From Halocafeteria seosinensis (Eukaryota): DNA of 48,351 nucleotides. The translations under genes and the position numbers were made by a program. Of the stretch, positions 35,901 to 46,104 are shown piece after piece. Positions within the stretch are counted from its first letter, which is position 1; the number at the start of each line of letters is the position of its first letter. Where the stretch lies: positions 1 to 48,351 of the forward strand of contig LVLI01000352.1 of the NCBI GenBank assembly GCA_001687465.1, given 5' to 3'. The notes under the pieces were generated by a model that saw nothing but the letters and a program-made list of their open reading frames with translations, was not told the DNA's origin and ran no database searches.

Positions 35901-37805
35901 CATCTTCGCGAACGGAAACTCGTGCGCAACCTGAGCAATGACGCTGCTCGACGAGCCGCCACAGGTAGGGCCTCATTGGGCACCCGGTCCTCCATGGTAA
36001 CAAATGTTGCTAGTGCAATGACAGTTCTTTCCCGAAAGCCTCAAAGTCAAACAGAAACATACTCTAGCTATGAGTCCTGGGATACCCTCTTTGAAAGGAT
36101 TGTTTCCACAGTCATTTTCGTTCACGTCACAGTCGTGGTCTTAGCTCAAATTGTGGAAGGTGCTCACTTTGACCAAGAGTTTGGCCTACAAGCCGTGTTC
36201 CTGACATTCAACATACTCTATGTGATAGAATTCGTCATTCGCGCAATCGGCTTTGGGTTTTCGCGCTGGTTAATGAGGGATGGAGCATGGATGATTTGGG
36301 ACAGTTGCATAGTTCTGCTGTCGTTGGTGGCGGTAATTGCTGGACTAGATTGGCATGCGGTGACAGTGGCAAGGGCACTCCGATTCGATAGGATTGTGAA
36401 ACATTTCCCTCAGCAGATGAAGGGAATGAAAACTTTGTTGTTGGTTATGTATTACGCCATGCCAACAATTCTTAACATTACCGGTCTGGTGCTGTTGATG
36501 AGCTTTCTGTATGCTGTTCTCGGCGTCCAGCTGTTTAGTGCAGTAAAGCATGGGGAGCATTTGCGGAGCAGATACAATTTCGAGGATTTTTGGAGTAGTA
36601 TCTTTCTTTTATTCAACATTCTGAGTGGGGAGGATTGGGTTTTGCTTATGTATGACTGCGGTATTTCTCCGCCGCACTGCACAGAAGCCTCAGCTAATGT
36701 GGACACCTCCAGATGGGGTGCCCCGACAGATTGCGGATCATTAACGTTATCTACCATCTTTTTTTACAGTTTCCATATTGTGCACTTTATGATTTTACTG
36801 AATTTGTATGTGGCGGCGATAGTAGACATTTACGTGACTTTGCAACCTCCCGCAATGAATGTTTTGGCGAATTCCAAGGAGGTAGGCGGCAAAAATGGGA
36901 AACCAGAAAGCAGTGGAAAATCTGAAGAAGAGCAGCTAGTTACGTTGTATGAAGTTGAACTGTCTGAAGTTGACTATAGCGTCTCAAGCATCAAAGAACG
37001 GATAGAGAGACTGCTAGGGGAACCGTCATCTGCGTTCGCCGACATCGAAAAGGAACGCGACTTTAGAATCATGGCACCGTCGTCGTTGTTCACGGGAGGC
37101 ATACAGATCCGTGCTTTGGATGTGGAAGCATTTCGAATAGTCTGGAAGAGGTTCGATGCTTGTGGTAGCGGGTACATATACAGCTACCAAGTCCGTCCAC
37201 TCCTGATAACTCTCTGGCTGCTTGGCCATAGCTTCCTGAATCGTCTGAAGCCAGGTGAAGGGTCGTTTGCCGGCACCCGAATCGAGCGCGCTCGTTTGCG
37301 TGTACTAGTTCATGAATGTAGGAACGCATCGTTCTTTGAGTCCGTGTCTTCCTTCATTGACGATGCCGTGGGTCGACTTAGTGAGTTTCCCGGTACGGTC
37401 CTCTGCTCCAAAGAGTCTCGCAAAGAGAAGATCCTTCGTGCCACCAAGCAAACTCCAATTCAAGCACAGGCTGTTCATGCTGCGCACAACTACAACACAC
37501 AAACGGATACTGCTCGAGTGTCCCAGAAAAAGCGCCCGACCTTGGGTTCTTCAGCCTCAATTCGGCGTATACAAACGCAGGCGGCGGACCCTGCTCGGAT
37601 GAAGCGTCCAACAGTCTTGGGTTATTCTATGCCTGCGCGGGTCCACTTCCACAATGCGCTGCGAGGACTAATCGATCCCTTCGTTCGCAACCGATGTCTG
37701 CTTGAGCACCAGCGAACGATTCGCGCTATTGAGGAAGAAGGTATAAAGGCTCAAGTAGCTGCTATGACTATTCAACGTTGGTTTCGGGACATAGTATCGG
37801 CATAA
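29903..37805 (+). CDS. Four-domain voltage-gated cation channel alpha subunit (Cav/Nav/NALCN superfamily), ~2606 aa, 2 exons
   Basis: Exons 29903-30910 and 30993-37805 (intron GTACGT...CTCCAG, phase 0). Four 6TM repeats with S4 segments LRVLRVLRVLRSVR, LRVFRVLRLLRLL, SRLLRIARILRPLRMISR, VARALRFDRIVK; WN.LD S3 motifs; four pore helices; C-terminal EF-like FRIVWKRFDACGSGYI and IQ motif AAMTIQRWFR. Confidence 0.95.
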
Positions 37806-38216
37806 TTTCGCGGGCGTCCGTCGGGAAGGCATGAGCATGCTGATGCGTTCTAAGGCAACGCACACTTGCTGTCATATCGTATGGATATGGTAGCATACTC
37901 AAACAGGCCAGTGTCTGTCTCCTTCGGCTAGAAGCAACGGGGGTTTTCTTCGTTAACTTACGGGCCCTATGGTGCCTGTTTGAAAATATGCACACACTTT
38001 ACATGCCCACTTTTGTATCGATCCCCCTTATGTTGTGGCACCTCCTACTTCCAAGGTATACATGCACCCTACGACCTGGTAGACCAGTGCCTCACTGTGC
38101 CTGGGCCTGAGTTCGTTCGTGTATGTGTCGGGTGTGTGTGTGTGTAATTGTGTTGTTTTGCTTGAGTTGTGTGATCCACATAGCCTGCCTGCTACGGTGT
38201 TGTACCATGTAGTCGT

Positions 38217-38288
38217 CAAACAGCCGCCCGAAGTTCGTAGTCGTCAAGTTGGCAACGTCGTCAACCCAAACAACCGCCCGAAGTTCGT
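38217..38288 (+). repeat. 22-bp direct repeat (caaacaRccgcccgaagttcgt) x2, plus three GTCGTCAA motifs, upstream of the 38351 gene
   Basis: Copies at 38217-38238 and 38267-38288 (1 mismatch, 50-bp period). GTCGTCAA at 38212, 38240 and 38257. Confidence 0.75.
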
Positions 38289-38350
38289 TTCATCGCATTG
38301 TATTGTTTGGTTTTCGGGGATTGAAAAAAATAAAAAAAATAAAAATAAAT

Positions 38351-41221
38351 ATGACGGATCAGCGTGATAGTGAGGAGGAGAAGTGTTCCTTTCAAGTTCC
38401 GAATCCATTGAGTTTACTCCCGGGTATCAAATTCCCCATTCCTTTGGTCGCCGATACACACCCACAACAGCCAAGGAACGCGCAAGAAGAGGTAGGCTGG
38501 ACACGACAGGGAAGGCCCACTGCCCATGATGCGTACATTCACGCCCGCCAAGTCAATGAGGATGTGGAGGAATCGTCAGCCACGCTGTCACCACCACGCA
38601 CGAAGCGCCATAAACAGGCACATACCAGCCGTCCGTGTGGTTGCGGTACACCATCAACATCAATCATGTCGACGACATCAACCACGACGACGGGCCGAGA
38701 GACGGAGAAAAATTGTGCCACACCATCGTCGTCCTTCAGCACATCGGCCAAGGGTTCTGCTGTCACTGTAGCAGGAGGGGATAGCTCATCCACACTGAGC
38801 AAGGGGATGGTGGGTTCTGCTGCTGTTGCTGGACTAGGAGGGGATAGTTCATCGACACCGCGCACGGGACTGGTGGGTTCTACTGTCACTGCCTCAGGAG
38901 GGGAGAGTTCATCTATACCGAGTACAGGACTGGTGGGTTCTGCTGCTGTTACTGTTTTAGGAGGGGCTAGTTCATCCACTCGGAGCAAGGGTATGGTGGG
39001 CTCTGCTGTCACTGCTTCAGGAGGGGATAGTTCATGTATACCGAGCACGGGACTGGTGGGTTCTGGGGGGGCAGATCCGTCGTCTTCGTTGGCAACATCG
39101 GCGCAGGGAGTGGTAGAATCCGCTGCTACAGCAACAGAAAATAGAGCAATGTCGGCAGACGGGGCTGCAGGAGGTAGGTCTTCGTCTGCCGAAGGACACG
39201 AAGACGGAGGAAGCAAGAGGTCTCGAGGATCGGAGGTAGTGGAAGCTAAGGCTGCCAGTATTAGTAGTACAATTAGTAGTGTGCAACCGAATCGCGCTAA
39301 TGCTGCCAAGAACCAGACAGATACTGGTGAGCATGACGGTTTGGATACACGTGGACCAGAGACACAGGGACTATTCTCATTGAGTAACGTTCTGGCGGGT
39401 CAAGTGGAGGTTGTAGCTGGAACATCGTTCCCGCTGCATCAATTGCAGCTGCGGCTCTCAAGCTTGCGAGAAAGAAAAGCATCTATTTCACGTCAACTTC
39501 GAGAATGCATCAACACATCCGGTGAGTATCTTTCTTCATTTTTCGTAGTCTTTCCATCAGTATACTGTTTAGAGAAGATTCCATGTTTTCCGTGGCCATG
39601 TGATGTGATATTAATGCTGTCTGCAGGGCGTACTCAGCGACAGGACGAGCTCCTCTGTTGCCTGTTGGTTAAAGTTGACAGACAGATCAAAGAACTGTCC
39701 CCGGTAGCGTGGGTTCAACGCAGACTACGGACCGTCGTTGGTGTCCAAGAACATTGTGAGGAGAAATGGATCCGCATAAGGACCGGACATATACCAGAAA
39801 GCATCTCCGCCAGCGATAATTCGGACTTGACGACGTGGTCGTCAGCGTTGGAAAAGGACTATACTTCTCCTAATGACTCTACGTATGTACGCAGAGTAAT
39901 TTGTAGTAGCTCCTTGGCGTTTGAGCTGTTAATGTTGTTTAGTCTTAAGGCAAGCATCCATGTCAAAATGGGATCAATTATCTTAAAAGGACAGGTACCA
40001 GAAGAGCTCCTTGGGCAAGACGGAGCCAAACAAACTTTTTCGCTACGCCATAGGTTAAAGGATGATGAGTGGGGAAGGCCTGTGGATCATCGTGGGGCAT
40101 TTCCTCGTGAAAATCTAACCGCAGCAAGCAAACATATCAGAGCTGCTGCTGGTAGCTACGCAACTATGGCCTACCAAATCACCCCCTTGCTAGGGAAGGA
40201 CTCTTTAGGGATCTCTCCACCAGAAAAACATCCGGATATCTTGGTTGGCTTTCGGGATCTTTGTCTTGGGTGCTCTATATCTTGTGTTGCATACCTTGCA
40301 GCAGAGAGGAAGAGCTCCTTTTCTATCATTAGCAAACTTTTGTCGGCTGTGTCGCAATGCACATATTCTGCCTATTTGAGAATACGCTCTGATAGCGACG
40401 CTTGTAATAATATTGGAATGAAAGACTGGTACCGCTTTGGGCGTCCTTGGTTTTCCAACACCGTTTCATCGGATCCGTCGTGGGAAGAGCTCTCCAGCGC
40501 ATCCGTAGATAGCCTCGTTACAGCACCCATTGAATTTCGTGGAGTAGGTTCTTTGACTGAGATTGAGTGCGAGGATATTCATACTCGTGTGACTGACGAA
40601 CTGATTACGCCTGCGCCAGCCGCGGCGCGATCTCGCATCATTGGCGATTGTGCGCAGGTGCTGGCGAGCAGCAGCATGGTCTCTCGCGCTTTAAGCCATG
40701 AATACGCTGCCAGGGAATGTCAGCGTGCATTAGATAGTGACACAGGCTTACCTTGCAGCTTGGTCGGGTTTGCGTGTACCGAAAACACACACGATCGAAT
40801 GGTTATTTTTCAGTGCCTTTGGGCCCATTCCGAGGCTTCTCTAACATGGATTTCCAGGGCTGCGCGGTCCTTCGAAGCATCCCACCAGTCGTCGACGGCG
40901 GAAGCGGGTCGGACTGTGGCTGAGCCTTTTCGTAGCTTGTATGATGAGAGCATGAAGAAGAAGGACATGTGTATTTCTCAGTCCAACAGCATATATCACA
41001 CATGCTGCCCGTCAACCGAACCTCTGATAATTCCTTACTATAGTGGTTGGTGCCTCTTCTTGCCGCCGGAGGGAGCGCAGAGTGATGCTGCACGTCAAGA
41101 CATTCTAAAGTTGTCACTATACTCGAAAGTTGCTCCCTCGCTTTTCGTCGACGAGATCTTTAGTGAGGCTGGTACAAACGTCCTGCTAAATTATGTTGCC
41201 GCTGTTACAGTGGCCCCATAA
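38351..41221 (+). CDS. Hypothetical protein with Ser/Gly/Thr tandem repeats and an unrecognised C-terminal domain
   Basis: Long ORF with ATG at 38351 after an A-rich leader. Two probable in-frame introns: 39522-39626 (GTGAGT...CTGCAG) and 39883-39942 (GTATGT...GTTTAG). No family recognised. Confidence 0.75.
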   Translation: MTDQRDSEEEKCSFQVPNPLSLLPGIKFPIPLVADTHPQQPRNAQEEVGWTRQGRPTAHDAYIHARQVNEDVEESSATLSPPRTKRHKQAHTSRPCGCGTPSTSIMSTTSTTTTGRETEKNCATPSSSFSTSAKGSAVTVAGGDSSSTLSKGMVGSAAVAGLGGDSSSTPRTGLVGSTVTASGGESSSIPSTGLVGSAAVTVLGGASSSTRSKGMVGSAVTASGGDSSCIPSTGLVGSGGADPSSSLATSAQGVVESAATATENRAMSADGAAGGRSSSAEGHEDGGSKRSRGSEVVEAKAASISSTISSVQPNRANAAKNQTDTGEHDGLDTRGPETQGLFSLSNVLAGQVEVVAGTSFPLHQLQLRLSSLRERKASISRQLRECINTSGEYLSSFFVVFPSVYCLEKIPCFPWPCDVILMLSAGRTQRQDELLCCLLVKVDRQIKELSPVAWVQRRLRTVVGVQEHCEEKWIRIRTGHIPESISASDNSDLTTWSSALEKDYTSPNDSTYVRRVICSSSLAFELLMLFSLKASIHVKMGSIILKGQVPEELLGQDGAKQTFSLRHRLKDDEWGRPVDHRGAFPRENLTAASKHIRAAAGSYATMAYQITPLLGKDSLGISPPEKHPDILVGFRDLCLGCSISCVAYLAAERKSSFSIISKLLSAVSQCTYSAYLRIRSDSDACNNIGMKDWYRFGRPWFSNTVSSDPSWEELSSASVDSLVTAPIEFRGVGSLTEIECEDIHTRVTDELITPAPAAARSRIIGDCAQVLASSSMVSRALSHEYAARECQRALDSDTGLPCSLVGFACTENTHDRMVIFQCLWAHSEASLTWISRAARSFEASHQSSTAEAGRTVAEPFRSLYDESMKKKDMCISQSNSIYHTCCPSTEPLIIPYYSGWCLFLPPEGAQSDAARQDILKLSLYSKVAPSLFVDEIFSEAGTNVLLNYVAAVTVAP
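38752..39064 (+). repeat. Coding minisatellite: five units alternating 60/63 bp (GSA(A)VT..GG.SSS....G.V)
   Basis: Units start at 38752, 38812, 38875, 38935 and 38998, with a partial unit at 39058. Confidence 0.9.
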
Positions 41222-41376
41222 TAGAAGCGTCGTTCGTCTGTAGTACACACGATAGTCTATAGCGACACAGATGATGGAAGACTCACAATAATTGTATACA
41301 ATCATCATACGGGAGCGCAGAGTTGATATGCAACCCCTTCCATGACGACTAACATTATAATTTCTTATGGCACTTA

Positions 41377-43207
41377 TCATTTTGCAACTCCTAATTGATT
41401 CTCCAAAGCTCTTATGTGGCGCTCCTGATGTCGTATAACAGCGATCATCCGACGCACTGTACCCGCATCGGGACGCACGGATTCTAAATTTTTCTCGATG
41501 CTGTTAAGCTCAGCAGTGCTCAGCCTAGATTCAGCAAGCGATTTGTCGGCAACCCCATTAGAGACATTAGCCGTTGTAAACGTATTCTGCGAAGTGACGA
41601 TTGAGTCATTCTTACTCGAAGGACGCCTCTTTCTCGGAACTGGTGCCCATTGTGTAGTATCTTCTTTTTTCGTAAACATTTTCATCCGCTCTTTTATAAG
41701 AGACCCCCGAGTTGTTTTCTTCTTCTTCGGCTTTTGCGTGCTAGTTGACTCCGTGTCCGGGTTGCCTCGTCGAGCGCAGGCGGTATTTCCGTTGTTTGTT
41801 CTCGATTCCGGCGTAGTACCGCTTTGTAGTGACACGCTTTGTTTGGTAGAGGCAATTGACCCAGAGGCATGCTTGGATTCTTCAGCAGAATGTTCAAAGG
41901 CATCATCATTGCTCGGCTCCATTTTGGAGTCCTGCGAAGCTGTCCTAGTACCCGCAATCCCTTGCTTGCTTTTGTTTCGGGATACGTTGGTGTTTTGGTT
42001 TGTTTGATTTTCAGATGGTCTTGAGTCATGCTGTTGATCTCTACTAATCGGCCTCGAAAGGTTTTCCTCGTAGGTAGGGTCACTGGTCATATCTGTTGAT
42101 GCCAAGCCGTGTTCCGATACATGACCGGGCTGCACCAATAGATGGTCATACTATATTAGAGCGACATGTAATTTTCCATGGCCGGTACACCAACCTTACC
42201 TGATCTACATCGCCTTCGCTTTGGTTATCAGTAAAGTACATGATAGCTTTCGAGCTATCTTTCGCATTTGCCGTCGTAGCGACACGAAGGGGTGTATCAC
42301 CGTGCGTGTTCCCATGATTAAGGGCTTGTGCAGCAACAGAAGGAGACACGTTGTTGAGTATAGCAGTCACACACTTCCCTTTGTTCTTTGCAGCTGCCCA
42401 GTGTAACGGAGTGTACGCCAGCAAGTCGCCCGTGGCAAAGAGGTCCGCCCCAGCACGTGTCAAAATTTCGCAAGCGTGGCTCGTGGGGTGGCTAGACATA
42501 CATGCCAGATGAAGCGGAGTCCATGAGTGCTGCAGCATATGAAGCAACCACTCATGAAGGTCGGTATGTGTCGCCACAAGTACAAATACGCACGTACGTT
42601 TCCCCTGGCATTAACATCAGCCCCAGCACCAATAAGAGCCTGAACTGCATAGCTATGTCCATTAAACGCAGCTTCATGAAGCGGTTGGTTCGAAAACTGT
42701 CATTGTGCAATACATACATCGAGAATACATTTTGCACACAGCGTCGGTAGGCGGGATACGTGGCGTACCTTATTTTCTTTCGTGAGGTCAACATTCCAAT
42801 CAAACAATTTCGTCAACACATTAACATGTCCAAAGTGCGCAGCCAAGTGGCAAGGCGTCCGCTGATCGTAATTTTGAGAATCCGCCGACGCACCATGGTC
42901 TAGAAGTATTTCCACGATCTCAGCAAAGCCCAATTCCGCAGCAATGTGAATGGGACGATTCTTCGGATGCTGCCGCAGCAGATACAAGTAGAAAGACATG
43001 ACAAAATGAAACAAACGCGGTCGTCCAGTCCAAAGTCGAATTTACCTTTGTAGTGAGGTCGTCACAGGATACATTAGCATCCATGGAGCCTTTTGCTCGC
43101 AGCGCATCTCGAACAGCTTGCGCATCTCCCTCCTCGATCGTGGACACCAAATCCTCCATGGCAGTTGCGTCTCGTACACCTCTGGTGACATTACTTGTCC
43201 AAGGCAT
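41377..43207 (-). CDS. Ankyrin-repeat protein with a disordered C-terminal region and terminal coiled coil (~514 aa, 5 exons)
   Basis: Exons 43207-43046, 42969-42769, 42696-42598, 42529-42200, 42129-41377 (an alternative in-frame acceptor gives 42150). Ankyrin motifs RPIHIAAELG, TPCHLAAHFGH, QPLHEAAFNGH...GADVNA, TPLHLAC, TPLHWAA, GDTPLRVA. Confidence 0.9.
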
Positions 43208-43479
43208 TACGCGCTTGGGAGGACTTTGCCTTGGCCCCTTAAGTTTGCGTGCCGTGCGGCGTGGGTGTGAGTGAGTGGGCGCGGACGTGGTTGCAGGCTC
43301 AACAATAATAATTACTGCATTAGTGTACGGACACACTTAGTGTAGACACTGTGGATTAAATAGGCAACATTTGCTGACTAGGTCATACTGTCACGTACAA
43401 GTACAGTACATTCAGACGAGTTCCATTTCATTGAATCATTGCCCGCTACTATTCAGAGGCGTCAATCAAATCTTGGGGT

Positions 43480-44539
43480 CTGCGAAGCGTGGAAGAAGTT
43501 GCACTCAGCCAGCGACAAAGAGCGGAGACTTTGCATCGATTCATGAAGTTCAGGCTTCGATCAATACTGTAGATGACTACTGCATCGATTGATCCAGAGC
43601 GGGGGCCGTAATCTTTTAGAGTACCCGTAGTGGTAGCAGACAAACTTCTAACAGATGAGCACCAGCTGTAGTTTGATGTGAATATTACGAACGAAGATGG
43701 GAAGCAACCCTCCTTTTGGCAGTTGAGAATTGGCAGTTTGATGTAGCTGATACCATCTGCACAGCAGAAGATCAAACTTCCGAACAAGAAAGGAAAGATC
43801 GTCTTATCTTGTGTGACGTTGGCGAGTGAGAGTAGCAATAGTGAGAGTAGCAATTTGAAGAAGCGGAAGTACTTGGTTTATCATATGCATTGTCCCAGCA
43901 ATAAGCGCCTATTGTGCTACAGTGCTTTGAACTCCGTATCGATTACAGAACCGAATGTGTTCGCCACTGCACTAAGAAAACGCGGGGTACGAAGTACGTG
44001 GGTTCCTTCCATCACCATTGTGGACTCGTGGATGTGTTTCTCTGCCGATTGTTCAAAGGTAATACCCTGGGAGCAGGAATGGAGCTGTACTGGCAATCGG
44101 CTTGGATCCCAACATGGATTCCCAAGGAGCACAATATTAGTCTGCATCGGTGCTAGCTTGCCGCCATATCAGAGTATGATGAAACCATTCGGCTTTCGAA
44201 ATCCCAATCGAAGGATACTTTCTTCAAGACAGTTGAAGTACTGCGTCTTCAGGGGAAATTGGGTCTTACCAGTGAGGGTACGAATAAAGCGTTCCGATAC
44301 ACTATACAACAGGGGAGAGATTTGCAAAGAGCAAGGAAGATACAATGACGCTGCAAGATACTTCCAGAAAGTTGGAGCAGCATCCACTACTTGGCTGCTG
44401 CCTCACGTACAAGGGGAGTGTTACAGTATATCAAACAGAAGGATTTTCATCGCCGTCCCTAGAAAAAGCCGTTGCACTAGACTCAAGTCACAACATAATC
44501 AGCAGACGTAGCTATGACGTCGCCAGTAGGAAGTTGTAA
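43480..44539 (+). pseudogene. Probable decayed ankyrin + TPR gene relic
   Basis: Broken ankyrin-like pieces (ASINTVDDY; VADKLL...*FDVNITNEDG/ATLLLAVENWQFDVADTI, with a stop and a frameshift) and TPR-like pieces (TLYNRGEICKEQGRYNDAARYFQK; SLEKAVALDS) lie in different frames. Confidence 0.45.
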
Positions 44540-46104
44540 CTTGAAGAAAGAAGGCTCGTGCGTTCGATCGAGTAGGAGTCCCATCCCAAACGCTTCTTTT
44601 ATTAAAATGCCTACGTGGTGAGCGCTAAAGGTACTGAAGCTAGGAACGGCTGGGAAGGAATTTCGCAACGAGACGTAATGATAGGTTTGGATTCGGTTCT
44701 CACAGACGACTCTTCTGGAATGCTAGCCGTGCGTATCTATAGTTTGGTTATTTGAGTTATCATTAGAAGCAGACGTATTGCCCTAATTGTCAACAGTCAA
44801 GTACTGTGCCACTTGCAACTACCGTAGTCATCTTAAATTACATTATTCCGTCGCGTACCGAGGTATACTTATGAGTTTGGCAGGTACTGCTATACAACAG
44901 CATACCACAAACACACAGTAGTGTATCCATAACCTTGAATGGACTACGAATATGGACCTCAAGATCTTGTTCAATTCTTCATCCAGAATCCAAAGTTCCG
45001 CCCCAAGATGATGGATGTACAAGTTCATCATACCAGTATGTGTAAAACTCTACCTCCAACCTTTGAGCGAAGGCCCTCAAGCGTAGTGGCGTTCACCACC
45101 AAGATTCACATAAAACCGGCTTTTTTTGGCGGCAAAGGCCTGAGAAAACGCAGTCGGCAAAATCTGCTACTCTGCTGAACAAGTCGGGCTTCCAGCCGCT
45201 TCCTGTGACCCGAGCCGCCAGCCCGCCGCGGATGTTTTCCCGCTCGTGCGCTACAGCACTTTCTACATTGTATACGGAAGTGGTGTAGAGTACAGTATTG
45301 ACGAACAAACCAGAGACCGGAACAGGTGCTCGTTAATTAAACTGAGGTTTTCTCCCGAAGCCATACCAAGGTGTCGGACAGCTACGACTCTACTACTAGA
45401 GGCAGAAAGAACCATGGCAAGGAAAAGTAGCGCCGTGATTCATCCCCTTTCCCCAAGCTAATACTGTAACTATGGAACGACCCACACAGCGTATATCATC
45501 TTTGCTTACCTTGCAATGGACGCTGACGTTGATTGGGGTTGTTTTCTTTGCTGTCCATCCTCGCTTGATATCTGACAAGGAGCCAAAGCAAGCGGACCGT
45601 CCCAAACCCAGTGAGCCATGCGTATCGGTAGCGCATCGCGTACCAGGATTCTCTTCCCATTGTGATACTTTCCTGGTGTATGGATCTCGTCAGAGGTTGC
45701 GTCGCTTTGCCTCCTCTGCTCGTATCGTGCCGTCATCTTATTCGGTTCGTAGCAGACATGTCCATTGTCTTACGATGACGGTTCATCACATGACACACCT
45801 TGGATTCCACGCCTTGACTGTCCCAAAGGAGACATCACTGCTCGTTGTATTGAGCCTGCTGATCGCATCCGTCACGGTTTTACGAGCATTGAGTTGGAAG
45901 TTTACAACTCCTGTAGATGAAGAATTTTCGGCAACTCGCAGCAACACTTTGGTAAAGGCTTCTCCTTTTCGATATAAAATTCCAATTGAGACACTGACGT
46001 GGCTATCTCCTTATAGGAGAATGGAACTCCTAGCGCATGGAAAGGGGTCTCTGGCGTACGCACTACAAAGTGCGAGTGGTCATATTTCGTCACAAACGAC
46101 GGTT

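Noticed and set aside
38217..38288. CRISPR-like repeat-spacer unit
   Set aside because: Only two copies, eukaryotic context and no cas genes; retained only as a direct repeat.
38539..39309. 256-aa minus-strand ORF with repeats
   Set aside because: Antisense of the repeat-containing + strand CDS.
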